64,000 bases of DNA from contig OZ219747.1 in the NCBI GenBank assembly GCA_964291265.2, forward strand, positions 1 through 64,000. The letters are read 5' to 3'. Under the pieces are notes generated by a model, which searched no databases, was not told the origin of the DNA, and saw only the letters and a list, made by a program, of their open reading frames with translations. Made by a program: the position numbers and the translations under genes. This stretch comes from Alphaproteobacteria bacterium (GTDB lineage: Bacteria > Pseudomonadota > Alphaproteobacteria > SP197). Every line of letters starts with the position of its first letter. Position 1 is the first letter of the stretch. Positions 22,470 through 32,916 of this stretch are shown one piece after another.

Positions 22470-24917
22470 CAGACGTCCTGACCTCGGCTATGAATTTGTC
22501 CAATCAGTTTGATGCTTCTGGGCCGAGTTTGGGTGGGTTGTCTGGCATGTCGTAGATCATGCGCAGGTCGGTTCCTGGGAAGATCGTGCGCGTCTGGTTG
22601 AGTTCGTCGAGCAGTCCGGCGATGTCGGCGTCGTGCGCGTTGCTGGCGGTGCCGAGGAAGCGCACCCGCAGGACGCGGTTTTCCTGATCGGGGATGATGT
22701 CGGCGTCCGACTGGAACAGTTCGGCGAGGGGGCGTCGCGGGCGCTGCTTTGCGCCCTGGGCCTGGGCGACGGCGGCCATCATCCGGGTTTCGGCGCGGTA
22801 GGCGATCATGCGAACGATGTCGAGCAGCAGCCTCTCGCTGGAGGGCAGGGCGTCGAGCCTGTCGTTCTCGTCGAGCTCGGCCACGGTGACATGTTTCGGG
22901 ATTTCTGAACGCCGGACCTTGAGCGCCTCGTGCTCGGCGTCGAGCGTCACGATCTTGTCCTGCAGCGTCGCGGCGGCCGTGATGGCGGTGTCGGACGGGG
23001 CGCCCTTGAGCAGGTCGGCGACGCGGTTGCGCAGTGTGCCGAGCTTCTGGCGCAGCTGGCGGATGCGGCGGTCGCAGCGGCGCCAGTGCGGATGGACGAC
23101 GCGCGCTTCGGGGTCCTGCTCGACAAGGCCGTGCACGGCCAGCGCGTCGAGGCCGAACTCCTGGCGCATGGACTTGAAGAAGTTCTCCTGGGACCAGCGC
23201 GAGAACAGCGCGCCGGCGACCCGCTCCATGGGCGTGTGCATGTCCGTGGTGATCAGCGGCACCTGCCGGCCGCTGTCCAGAAGACGCCGGATCTGGCGCA
23301 CCTGCGGCCCGCCGGACAGCGTGATCCGTCTCTGTGCGAGCCGCACCTCGGCGGTGCGGACGCCACCTGGTGAGTGGAGCGGCGCCCGGACCGTGCGGAA
23401 CTCCCCCTCCGGCCAGGGACCGCCCCGGAACCCCTTGTGCCAGGTGATCACCGCCACCCCGCGCCGGGCGAGGCGGGCGAACAGCGCCGGGCTCCAGCCC
23501 TCGCGGTCGAACACCAGCGTCAGCCCCGGCGCGACCGCCTCTCCCCTGGCGAGGTTCGGCGCCTCCGGCCCCGGCAGGCCGAGCCGCTCCAGCGCGGGCA
23601 GGATGTCGTGCTCCAGCGCGTGCGTCATGGTCGGATCGAGGTCCTTGTGCAGGCACAGGAGCGGCCGGCCGCCGAGCGCGTTGACCCAATAGCCTGTCGA
23701 GGCCGGCAGACAGAGCTTCTGACGTGACACGAAGTGCTTCGGCAGGCGACCCTTGCGGCCGGTATACACCTTCACGTGCCCGTCCACCGACAGTGTCGCG
23801 CAGACATCCGGCGCCTCCGCGATCCAGTCCTTCGCCAGCGCGTCCTGCCAGTCCCGGACCCGCTGCGGGTCGCTCGCCAGCGCCCTGATCTTGCGCCGCA
23901 GCGTCTTGACCTCCGGGCAGCGGTCGAGCCCCAGGACCGCACCCCGTTCCCCGGGCGCCTCGTGGCGCAGCGCCTCGGGGTTGCGGATCCGGGCCATGAA
24001 CAGGAAGGCGAGCATGAGAAGCACGCTCGTCAGCCCGTAGTACCCTTTCGGCAGCGACAGGAACCTGTCCGCGTGCTCCAGGAGACCCTCCTTCAGCAGC
24101 GCCGGCAGCGCCGCCAGGACGCCGCCGCCGGCGACCGCCGAGAGTGGCTCGTCGAAGCGCGGAGGCGCTTCGCTCATGGCCCCCGTCGAGGCCGCGACGC
24201 GCCCGGCGCTGTCGCGCGCGCCGCGCCCCATCGGCGCGACCCTGTCGCGACGGTCCCGTTCGCCGCGGCCGAGAAGATCGTCCGGGCATCGCGTGGCCTC
24301 GTCGACTTGCGCCGCCTGCGGCCGCTCTCCGCCGCCGATGAAGCCGTTGCTGAGGTTGTAGTACGCCGTCGATCTCGCGATCCCCAGTTCCCGGGCCAGT
24401 GCCGCGGCGTTCATGCCCTCGGCCAGGAGACGGTTCGCCGCGGCTGCCGTCTCGCCTGTGATCACGCTGAGACCACGGCCCTTGCGTGGCTCGTAGAAGC
24501 TCGCTTCACCCCTGTCCCGGAGCTTCCTCATAAGCCCGCTGCACGGTCGCGCGGCTCACGTCGAAGGCCGCCTGCAGGTCTCCTTGAGGAACGCCGTGCC
24601 TGGCGAACCTCGCGATCCGCAGCAGCATGGCCGGCCGGTCGCCCTCGTCGTGGCAGTCGAAGGGCTCCATGTTCGAGAAGTAGACGGTCTGTCCGTCGAG
24701 GTCGGCAAGGGAGAAGCACGAGGTTCCGATCTGGACGGCTTCGGCAGGGTGCATTGCGAGCGTGTTCATGGCCTGGAATGCTCCAATATAGGCGTCATGT
24801 CATATTGGATCGCCCCACGGCTATGTTGTCAAGCAAAAAAACTGGGAAAAGCGTTCATTGTGTTGGAAAAAAAAGGGCCGGACTGATCAAGTCAACTCAC
24901 TGAGGTCAGGACGTCTG
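22470..24917 (-). mobile_element. Nested IS of uncertain family
   Basis: Perfect 16-bp TIR CAGACGTCCTGACCTC; 5-bp TSD ATCCT at 22465-22469 and 24918-24922. Confidence 0.93.
22504..24769 (-). CDS. Putative DDE transposase; N-terminal HTH part separated by a 1-nt frameshift near 24532
   Basis: DGHVKVYTG, LVFDREGWSP, RWSQENFFK; upstream ORF ends AFDVSRATVQRA, then one extra T precedes ATG AGG AAG. Confidence 0.75.
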
Positions 24918-26965
24918 ATCCTGCCGACGATCTTCCCCGGCGAGGCGGAGCAGAAGGCGGCCTACCGCCTGTTGTCGAATCCGAGGGTGACGATGGAGCA
25001 TATCCTTGAGGGGCACCAGGAAGCGATGGTGGAACGCTGCCGTTCGCAGCGCCTGATTCTTGCCATCCAGGACACGACGTTCTTGAATGACAACGGCTTG
25101 GAGGCGACCAAGGGTCTTGTTGACATCGGCGGCGGCGGCTCGGGCGCCCTTGGCATGGCGGCCCATGCCGGGGTTGCCTTCAGCGAAGGCGGCTCATCCC
25201 TCGGCCTGTTCCATCTCGACGCCGACTTCCGTCTCAAGCCGGATCAGAAGAAGGACGAGCCAGACGACAAGGAGAGCCGGCGCTGGCTCGACGGGTACGA
25301 CAAGGCCGTGGAACTGGCCGCTGCCTGTCCTTCGACAAGGGTGTTGGTGATCTGTGACCGTGAAGGCGACATCTGGGACCTGCTGGCCCGGAGCACGGAG
25401 CACGAGGCCGGTCTGCTGGTGCGCGTCAGGCGCTCGACACGGCGCCGCGTGGTCACCGCAACGGGCGCCTGCCGGGACCTTTGGGACTACATGGCGGACG
25501 AGCCGTGCATCGCAACGAAGCAGATCGACATCGCAGCCTGCGGAGGGCCGCGTCGTCGCAAGGAGCGCAAGGGCGTACGCCTCGAAGTCCGTGCGGCAAG
25601 GGTCGACCTGGCTCCGCCGGACAAGAAGCCTCAGGCAACGCCGCCGCTCTCCATGATGGCCGTGCGGGTCACGGAACCCGCCCCACCGCCAGGCCGCGAT
25701 CCTCTCGACTGGATGCTGCTCACCACCGAAGGCGACGTCACCGCAGACGATGCCCTCAAGACCGTCTCCTTCTACGAGAAGCGATGGTGGATCGAAGAGT
25801 ACTTCAAGGCCCTGAAGGTCGGCACCCGGATCAAGGACCGGCGCCTCAACCAGGCCGACGATCTGAGGAAGTGCCTGGCCTTCGACGCCATCACCGCATG
25901 CCGCGTCATGACCGTCGAGCGCCTCGCACGCTCGGCACCCGACACCCCGGCAAGCCACATCGTCCACCGCGACGAGATCACGGTCCTGAACATCTATAAG
26001 GTCAGCCGACAGCGCACGCCGCGTGGACCTCCCGATCCCGAACCGACCATCGCAGCCTTCGCCGTCGACGTCGCACGCCTGGCGGGCTTCATTCCCAGAA
26101 AACGTCAACCCCTGCCGGGGACTGAGAAACTCTGGCAGGGATACGAAATCCTCCTCACCTTCGTCGAACATCACCGAAATATGCGGAAACTGCAGGAACT
26201 CGATATGCTGAAAAAGATGGATTCAACAGTGTCTGGTTGAAAGTCCGGGCGCTGGTCGACAAGCCGTCCCGCGCCGCTTCGCTGCTCACCGACTACCTGC
26301 CGCCGAAGGTGGCTGCCCTCCTCGACCTCAAGGCGCCGCTCGAGGCGGTCAAGGGCAGTTTCGTCGACGAGGACGCCCATAGCAGCCAGTGCGATGCGCT
26401 GTTCCGGGTGAGATTGAAGGACGGCCAAGATGCGCGCCTCTACGTGCTGCTCGAACACAAGAGCCAGGTCGACGCCGCGACGCCGCTCCAGCTCCTGGGA
26501 TACATGGTCAACATCTGGCGGAGCGAGATCGAGCGGAGCAAGAGCGAGCGGAGCAAGAGCGAGGACGGCGGGAACGACATCAAGCTGCCGGCGATCATCC
26601 CCCTGGTCTTCTATCACGGCCGGGGGCGCTGGAAGGCGGCGCGCTCGGTGCTGGAGATGATCGACGCGCCCGAGGGGATGGAGTCGTTCGTCAGGGAGTT
26701 CGCCTATGTGGTGCACGACCTCGGGGAGGTGGCGCCGGACCGGCTGTCGACCTCGCCCGAGGTGCGGTCCGGGCTTCTGGCCCTCAGGTTTGCCTTTGCC
26801 AAGGAGGTGCTCCCCGAGCTTCTGGACGCGATAACGGGCGGGCCGGTTGCGGGGAGCGCGTTCGAGCGTCATATTGTGCGCTATATGACCGAGCACAAAG
26901 GCCTGACGCCGGCCATGCTGGAGGCGTCACTGCGCCGGACGAAGCCGGACCATTGGGAGGTTCTG

Positions 26966-27289
26966 ATGGGCACGATCGCACAAGCCTGGATAGAAGAGGG
27001 AAGAGCCGAGGGGCTCGAGAAGGGACTTGAGAGGGGACTCGAGAGGGGACTTCAGAGAGGACTCGAGAGGGGAAGAGCCGAGGGAATCGAGAAGGGAATC
27101 GAGCGAGGCCGGAGCGAGGCCCTCGCGGAACTTCTTCTTCGTCAACTGTCCTTGCGCTTCGGTGATGTGCCGGGCGCGGTCCGCGAACGGGTCCGCGGTG
27201 CGTCGGCCGCCGAACTGGTGGCCTGGGCGGAGGCGGTGCTGGCTGCCACGAGCCTTGATGATGTGCTGACCGCCAGGCCCAGGCACTGA
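26966..27289 (+). CDS. Putative RpnS small C-terminal protein from an internal start in rpn
   Basis: GGAGG-TTCTG-ATG inside rpn; MGTIAQAWIEEG followed by G(L/I)E(R/K) repeats and a DUF4351-like tail. Confidence 0.6.
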   Translation: MGTIAQAWIEEGRAEGLEKGLERGLERGLQRGLERGRAEGIEKGIERGRSEALAELLLRQLSLRFGDVPGAVRERVRGASAAELVAWAEAVLAATSLDDVLTARPRH

Positions 27290-27463
27290 GCCCGTCGCGC
27301 CACGCGCACCCGCCGATCATGGTGCCCGGGCGTGACGCCGACGCACCCTGCGGACGGACAGATCGCATGGGTTGCGCACCCCTGCCTCCCTGTCGCGTCC
27401 GTCCCCGGCACACAGGAACCGGCGTCACGGGAGCGGGGAGCGAAACGCACGGTTGCGCTGGTT

Positions 27464-27690
27464 CAGATGTCCTGACCTCGGGAGTGTTGGCGGTCAAGAA
27501 ACGTGACCCCCTGGGGGTTGCGGAGCGTGCCGAGGGCCTGCCGGCGGCGGCGCAGCTCGCGGTCCCTGTTGCACCAGTCCGGGTTGATGACCTGTGTGTG
27601 TCCGGATCCTGGGGGACCAGACCGTGCACCGGCAGGGAGTCGAGGTGGAGTTCTTCCCGGGCATGCTTGAAGAAGCTCTCCTGGGGTAAG
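27464..27690 (-). mobile_element. Deleted remnant related to the nested IS
   Basis: TIR-like CAGATGTCCTGACCTC at 27464; encodes QESFFKHAREELHLDSLPVHGLVPQDP, similar to QENFFKSMRQEFGLDALAVHGLVEQDP. Confidence 0.75.
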
Positions 27691-28722
27691 CGTTCGGTCA
27701 AGGGGTGATGATGAGGATGACAGATGCCATTGCCCCGGGACTCGCCTGCATCGCCGCCGACAATCGCCCCGGTCACCGCGTGAGCGAACGCTCAACGCGG
27801 TCGGGCATGAGCTCGATGTTGTTGTTGACGCCCGCCGGGGGTCGAGCCCGTGCCGGTAACGGTGGAGCATGTGAAAGCCGTCCGGCAGACTTGGCGGCAC
27901 TTCGGCAGGGGCAACCACCCGGCCAGCGCCGAATCTCGGCGACCGTGTTGACTATGCGCCTGCAGGCGCGACGGGCGAGCCGCTGCCGTTCGAGGGCGGC
28001 GACCTCTGCAGACCGACATCGCGGCCACGCAGGCTTGGCAGGACTCGCCGAAGGGGCGGAACTCAACGGTGATGAACCAGGTCAAGCGGTCCTCGTGGAC
28101 AACGCAATCCACTTCCTCGGCGATGGTTACGGGCCTTGCAGAAAACCAACAAGGTGTCGCGTGCACGTTGTCGGTGACGGCATCGACGATGAAGACGACT
28201 AACCCGAAGTTCCGGACGATTTCAGCGGTACAACCACACCAAGTCGTTGATCTTGCTGATAAAACGGCAGAGGGACAGCATGCAAATGTTCCCATGTAAC
28301 GGTGGAAATCTCTGCTGACACATGTGTCCATCGCCCCATATTCGTTGCCATGTACGTGGACATAGCCCCCAACCGCATGAGGCCCCCGCCAACAATCTCT
28401 CCCCCTGGCCCATGGAGAAGGTCGAAACCCTGCGGCCCTTCCAGGTCACCACGTGGCCCACGACGCTCCGGAAAAAGGCCCTGGACCACCTCGACGTACG
28501 CCTGTAGCGTTCCCAGTAGCGACACACCCGATTTTTTCAAACGTCAATACATTCATAACGATACGTCTGATCGGTTCTGGAACTTCGGACCAACATGGCG
28601 GCATCACCTCGCGAGAACTCCAGCGGGCCGGGGCCGATGCGGTCAACCTCCTGGCGCCATGGACATCGCCCGCGCCCTGACTGAACAGCGTTTCGAGGAG
28701 CTGACCTCGTCCCGATAGTCGA

Positions 28723-29100
28723 TCAGGGGTCCCGTGACAGGCCCTCGGCGGCGAGGCGATCGAGGTAGGCCTGCCAGACGCTCTCCCGGTTGCAGCCGAG
28801 TTCGCGGAGATAGTTCCACGTGTAGATGCCGGTATCGTGCAGATCGTCGAACGTGATGCGTATGGCGTAGTTGCCGACGGGCTCCACCGACATGATGCCG
28901 ACATGGCGGCGGCCAGGAACGGCCTTTCTCTGGCCCGGGCCATGACCCCGGACCTCGGCCGAGGGGCTCTCGACGCGCAGCAGCTCGGCCGGCAACGCCA
29001 CGGATATGCCGTCGTCAAAGTCGATCTCGAGCGCCTTCTCCCGAGATTTCAGACGGATCTCGACAGGCCGGTGGCGGCTGGCATGGGCCTCGCCCTTCAC
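28723..29100 (-). CDS. DUF971 / gamma-butyrobetaine hydroxylase-like N-terminal domain protein
   Basis: [38 protein letters not shown]; GTGA overlap with Trm112. Confidence 0.9.
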   Translation of the reverse strand: MKGEAHASRHRPVEIRLKSREKALEIDFDDGISVALPAELLRVESPSAEVRGHGPGQRKAVPGRRHVGIMSVEPVGNYAIRITFDDLHDTGIYTWNYLRELGCNRESVWQAYLDRLAAEGLSRDP

Positions 29101-29288
29101 GTCTCCTCCCCGTCGAGGCGGCGCGCCTCGTCGACCAGCATGATCGGGATGCCGTCCCGGATGGGGTAGGCAAGGCCGGCTTCCGCGCTTATCAGTTCCT
29201 GGCGCTCGCGATCCAGGGTGAGCGGACCCCTGGTCAGTGGACACACGAGGATCTCGAGAAGCCGGGGATCGACATCGGTCTCACTCAT
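29097..29288 (-). CDS. Trm112 family protein
   Basis: [11 protein letters not shown]...[13 protein letters not shown]. Confidence 0.92.
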   Translation of the reverse strand: MSETDVDPRLLEILVCPLTRGPLTLDRERQELISAEAGLAYPIRDGIPIMLVDEARRLDGEET

Positions 29289-29497
29289 CACTGTCGCCCC
29301 TCGCTGACACAAGCCGTGACATCCACATCGCCTCCCCTGCTCCCTGCACTCCTCGATTCCCTTGCGCCTCGACCGCGCCTGGCACTCCACCGTGGTCCGG
29401 GGCTTCCCGCAGGCGCAGGTTGGCGGCCGCCGACAGGGCCGATCAAGTCCCGTCCTTCACTGCGCCGCGCCGTCTGATGACGGTGGCGCATGGCGCG

Positions 29498-30514
29498 TCA
29501 CAACCGACCTGCAGCCGCATGCTTCTCATGCGCATGGGTGGGGCGACCCAGGTACTCCGAAAGGTCAAACGATCCCTTCCGGCATTGACGCCGAAAATCA
29601 ATCATCCACTCACCGGCCAAGCGTTGAAGCGAATTCCTGTCCCTGCGCAGACATGCATTGTCGAGCGGACGCGACGCCAGGTCCGTGGCCGCCTGCAGGG
29701 CAGAATAGGCGTTGTCTCCGAGATGGAGGGAATATCCTTGATACAGTTGTTCGACATGATCCTCCAGGCAGAGCCAGTCGCGCCAGGCAGCACGCCGATG
29801 CGTGCCAGCACCCGCAGGCCTTTTCCTCATGAGATCCTTCGGTTTTCGTATGGCCAGAATGGCGTGAACAAGGCGCCTTCCGTCTCCCTTGTCAATCCGG
29901 TATTTCTGCAAGATCCTGAACGCGCTCCTGAACTCCTGTTGCATCGCTCGCACGCGATCATGGTCTACCTTGAAGGCAATGCGAGTTCCGATGTCCTTGC
30001 GCGCATGGGCAAACGAGAAGGAAATGATGTTGCGTCGCGCCGTCAGTCCATTGGAGCATGTCTTCCTGTAGCAGCCAATTGTGAATCTCAGGGCCCGCCG
30101 TCCATTGTAGCTGTTGGTGACCCGGACAAAGGGACCATAGGTGTCGGGCACGCCTTCGCGCGTGCCAACCATGAGGTAGGCGAAATCGAGCTTTGCCGTG
30201 TTGTGCACGAGATCCAGATGGCAATACCTGGCGGATGGAGGGGCGTCGACTGCCAGCAGCTCCCATTCGTCCTCCTTCGTCTCCCTGAACACTTGCCGAG
30301 CGCACACTCTCGCATAGTGCCGTGCCTCTTCGTTTGTGATCAGGGAGTAATCCTTGCCCACAATGCCAAGCACTTCTCCGGTCCTGTCGTTGATGACCGC
30401 CTTCTTGTCCTTGATTTTTGTCGCCGGTTTCTGACCATCACGAGGACAATGCGTGAATATCGGCTGGGTTGTCACGGGAAAAAACAGGTCAGTTGATTGT
30501 GTGATGCGCGCCAT
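29498..30514 (-). CDS. DUF932/DUF945 domain protein
   Basis: TGEVLGIVGKDYSLITN, NSYNG, YRKTCSNGL; lower GC than its neighbours. Confidence 0.75.
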   Translation of the reverse strand: MARITQSTDLFFPVTTQPIFTHCPRDGQKPATKIKDKKAVINDRTGEVLGIVGKDYSLITNEEARHYARVCARQVFRETKEDEWELLAVDAPPSARYCHLDLVHNTAKLDFAYLMVGTREGVPDTYGPFVRVTNSYNGRRALRFTIGCYRKTCSNGLTARRNIISFSFAHARKDIGTRIAFKVDHDRVRAMQQEFRSAFRILQKYRIDKGDGRRLVHAILAIRKPKDLMRKRPAGAGTHRRAAWRDWLCLEDHVEQLYQGYSLHLGDNAYSALQAATDLASRPLDNACLRRDRNSLQRLAGEWMIDFRRQCRKGSFDLSEYLGRPTHAHEKHAAAGRL

Positions 30515-31236
30515 GGGCAATCTGCCTCCCCGCCATCTTGAGGTGCCGGCGTCCTGTCGGACAGGCCGGGGACCAACATATGTGTCCCTTTCCGGTGAAT
30601 ACAACGGGCAGGTCCAATTGCAGCAGCAAGGCGTGAAGCACCGTGTCGGGCAGGTCGTCGAGGAATTGAGCGATACCCGCGGGAGCGCACAGCGCGTGAT
30701 GTCGGCTTGTCCGGGCTCCTTCGTCAGGGCGCGGTCACGTCATGGTGGCTTGCGACAGCTGTCGACGATGGTTGACCGGCCGAAGGCGGTGTCCGCGGCC
30801 GAGCATGAGCAGCTGCCTGTCGAGACCCGGTCATGGGGATTGCTTGCCGACAACGAGTTCATTGCGACCCGCCCGGGACAGTGGTTTCAGGTATCACCTG
30901 GCAACGCATTGCGCCGGGGCCTGCCGAGGTCGGAACACGGGAACAATGTCGGCCGAGAGGGCCCCGGCGGCGTTCGCCAGGAGCCTGGAGAACGCCCGCT
31001 CCATCTGACCCCATGACCGACATGCCGGTCGCTCGCTCGATACCCTGTTCACGCAGTCTGGCGGCACCGACGGTCTGATCGGCGTCTCTCTGCCACGAGG
31101 ACTGGTGCGAAACGCCGGAGGAAGCCGGTTCCGGTCCGGACGTCCGCGCGCCGGTGGGACAACGCTGCCGCCTTCCGTCGCCATCGCAGAAGCACCCCGG
31201 ACAAGGCATCAACACAGTCAGGCCGTGTTCGTCGAG

Positions 31237-31908
31237 TCACTGCCGGACGGGGCTGTCGTCGTCTTCCCGGCTGCCGATCTCGAGCAGGGTGGTGAGGATG
31301 CTGGCGCGATCGAGAAAGTCCCTGGCTTCGAGCAGGGCCTGCTTCTCCAGAGGACTGAAGGGGCAGACCATGGAGAGCGCCGTCACGAGGGTCTCGTCGT
31401 TCGCCTTGCCGATGGCGTCCCAGTCGGCCTCGATCTGCTTTCTGCGAAAGAACTCCTTGAGGTGGGTGATGAGGCTGGCGCGTTCGATCAGGTCGGTGGT
31501 GGAAACGGGCTTCATATCGTCGGCGAAGTCGGAGTAGTCGGCTTCGACCAGACGGTAGGCGCCGGCAGCAAGGGTGAGTTCACGCCTCACACGGTAGCGC
31601 GCCAGTCCGATCAGCGTGATCAGGAAGCGGCCGTCGTCGGTTTCGCTGAACTGGATGATGCGTCCGGCGCATCCGATGGCAAAGCAATGGGCCGATCCGA
31701 TGTCGTCGGCCTCCTCATCGGGCTGGATCATGCCGATGACGCGGTCGTCGGACTTGAGCGCATCCTCGACCATGGAGACGTAGCGGGGTTCGAAGATGTT
31801 GAGCGGCAGGGTGCCTCGCGGCAACAGGAGGGCCCCGGGCAGGGGAAGGACGGGAATGGTCGACGGCAGCCCGTCGATGGTTCGGTAGTACGGCAGGCCC
31901 GCCATCAC
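31237..31908 (-). CDS. Lon peptidase substrate-binding domain protein
   Basis: PLPGALLLPRGTLPLNIFEPRY, GCAGRI, EKQALLEA. Confidence 0.92.
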   Translation of the reverse strand: MMAGLPYYRTIDGLPSTIPVLPLPGALLLPRGTLPLNIFEPRYVSMVEDALKSDDRVIGMIQPDEEADDIGSAHCFAIGCAGRIIQFSETDDGRFLITLIGLARYRVRRELTLAAGAYRLVEADYSDFADDMKPVSTTDLIERASLITHLKEFFRRKQIEADWDAIGKANDETLVTALSMVCPFSPLEKQALLEARDFLDRASILTTLLEIGSREDDDSPVRQ

Positions 31909-31923
31909 GCGGCGACCGGAACC

Positions 31924-32835
31924 CTAGGCGAACCAGGCCGACGACAGCTTGCGGCGGCCGTCGATGGCCGCCTGGTCGGTCGGTCCCCAGGCCTCGAAGA
32001 ACTTGAGGAGCTCCTTGCGCGCCGCTTCGTCGTTCCAGTCCTTCCTGAGGGCAATGATGGCGATCAGCTGATCGACCGCGTCGTCGCGCCGGTCCATGGC
32101 GGCGAGAGCCCGAGCCAGCTCGAGCCGCGCCTCGAAGTCCGTGCCATCGGCCGCGACTCTCGCCTCGAGAGCCGCCATGTCGCCGGTGGCGCCGCCCAGG
32201 AGTTCCAGCTGGGCCCTGACGCTCTTGATGCGTTCGTCCTCGGCCATGACATCCTCAAGGCTGTCGAGAAGATCCGTCACCTCGCCCGTGCGTCCCAGGG
32301 CAATGAGCGCGCGGCACAGACCGGCTGCCGCATCGACATTGTCGCTCTCGCGCGTCAGGACCTGGCGGTAGATGGCTGCCGCCTGCTCCGCAGAACCCCC
32401 TTCAAGGGCCTCGTCCGCCTGAGCGAGGGCCTGCTCCACGGCACTCGGTCCGATGTTGCCGACCAGGCGTTCGACAAATGCCTTGATCTGACTCTCCGGC
32501 TGAACCCCGACGAAACCGTCCACCGGCTGCCCCTGATCGAAGGCGAACACCGCCGGAATCGACTGCACCCTCAGGGCCTGGGCGATCTGCGGTTCCTCGT
32601 CGATGTTGATCTTCACCAGCGTGACCTTGCCGGCAGCTGCCCGAACCACCTTCTCCAGAATGGGGGCGATCTGCTTGCACGGTCCGCACCAGGGCGCCCA
32701 CAGGTCGACGATGACCGGTGTGTCGCGGGACGCCACAAGGACATCCTGCTGGAACGTCGCCGTGGTCACGTCCCTGACCTCGCCGCCGGTCTCGGCGCCG
32801 GCCTGTGACTCTCCCCCCGGGATGATGAATGCCAT
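31924..32835 (-). CDS. Thioredoxin-domain co-chaperone (YbbN/CnoX-like)
   Basis: WAPWCGPCK plus C-terminal TPR, GRRKLSS. Confidence 0.92.
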   Translation of the reverse strand: MAFIIPGGESQAGAETGGEVRDVTTATFQQDVLVASRDTPVIVDLWAPWCGPCKQIAPILEKVVRAAAGKVTLVKINIDEEPQIAQALRVQSIPAVFAFDQGQPVDGFVGVQPESQIKAFVERLVGNIGPSAVEQALAQADEALEGGSAEQAAAIYRQVLTRESDNVDAAAGLCRALIALGRTGEVTDLLDSLEDVMAEDERIKSVRAQLELLGGATGDMAALEARVAADGTDFEARLELARALAAMDRRDDAVDQLIAIIALRKDWNDEAARKELLKFFEAWGPTDQAAIDGRRKLSSAWFA

Positions 32836-32916
32836 GATTGCCGCCTTCCTGGTCTCGTGGTCTGGTGCTGGTCCGTTAGGTGGGGCAACTGCCGGCGAAT
32901 CGCAAGGCCGGACCCG

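Larger units (their letters stand above)
21451..26240 (+). pseudogene. DUF4338(DruA-like)-IS4 transposase split by a nested IS (21451-22469 plus 24923-26240)
   Basis: VNNDRFLILP, YRAAGW; then AAYRLLSN, IQDTT, DREGDI, RWWIEEYFKALK; the halves rejoin as PGAILPTIF. Confidence 0.9.
21420..26243 (+). mobile_element. IS4-family (Tn5/IS50-like) element with a DUF4338-fused transposase
   Basis: TIRs CTTTCAACGGGACA / TGTCTGGTTGAAAG; 9-bp TSD TCCGGGCGC at 21411-21419 and 26244-26252. Confidence 0.92.
21344..27289 (+). pseudogene. Rpn family (recombination-promoting nuclease / YhgA-like) gene interrupted by IS4 after codon 25
   Basis: Removing the IS and one TSD joins ...KRHDALFRA|LVDKPSRAASLL..CDALF..LLEHKS..IPLVFYHG. 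Confidence 0.9.

Noticed and set aside
27000-27115. 12-bp tandem repeats as a CRISPR or VNTR element
   Set aside because: These are coding repeats typical of Rpn C-termini, with no spacers and no cas genes.
27800-28720. Lower-GC stretch with several short ORFs
   Set aside because: No recognisable motif in any frame; probably decayed foreign DNA, and no call can be supported.
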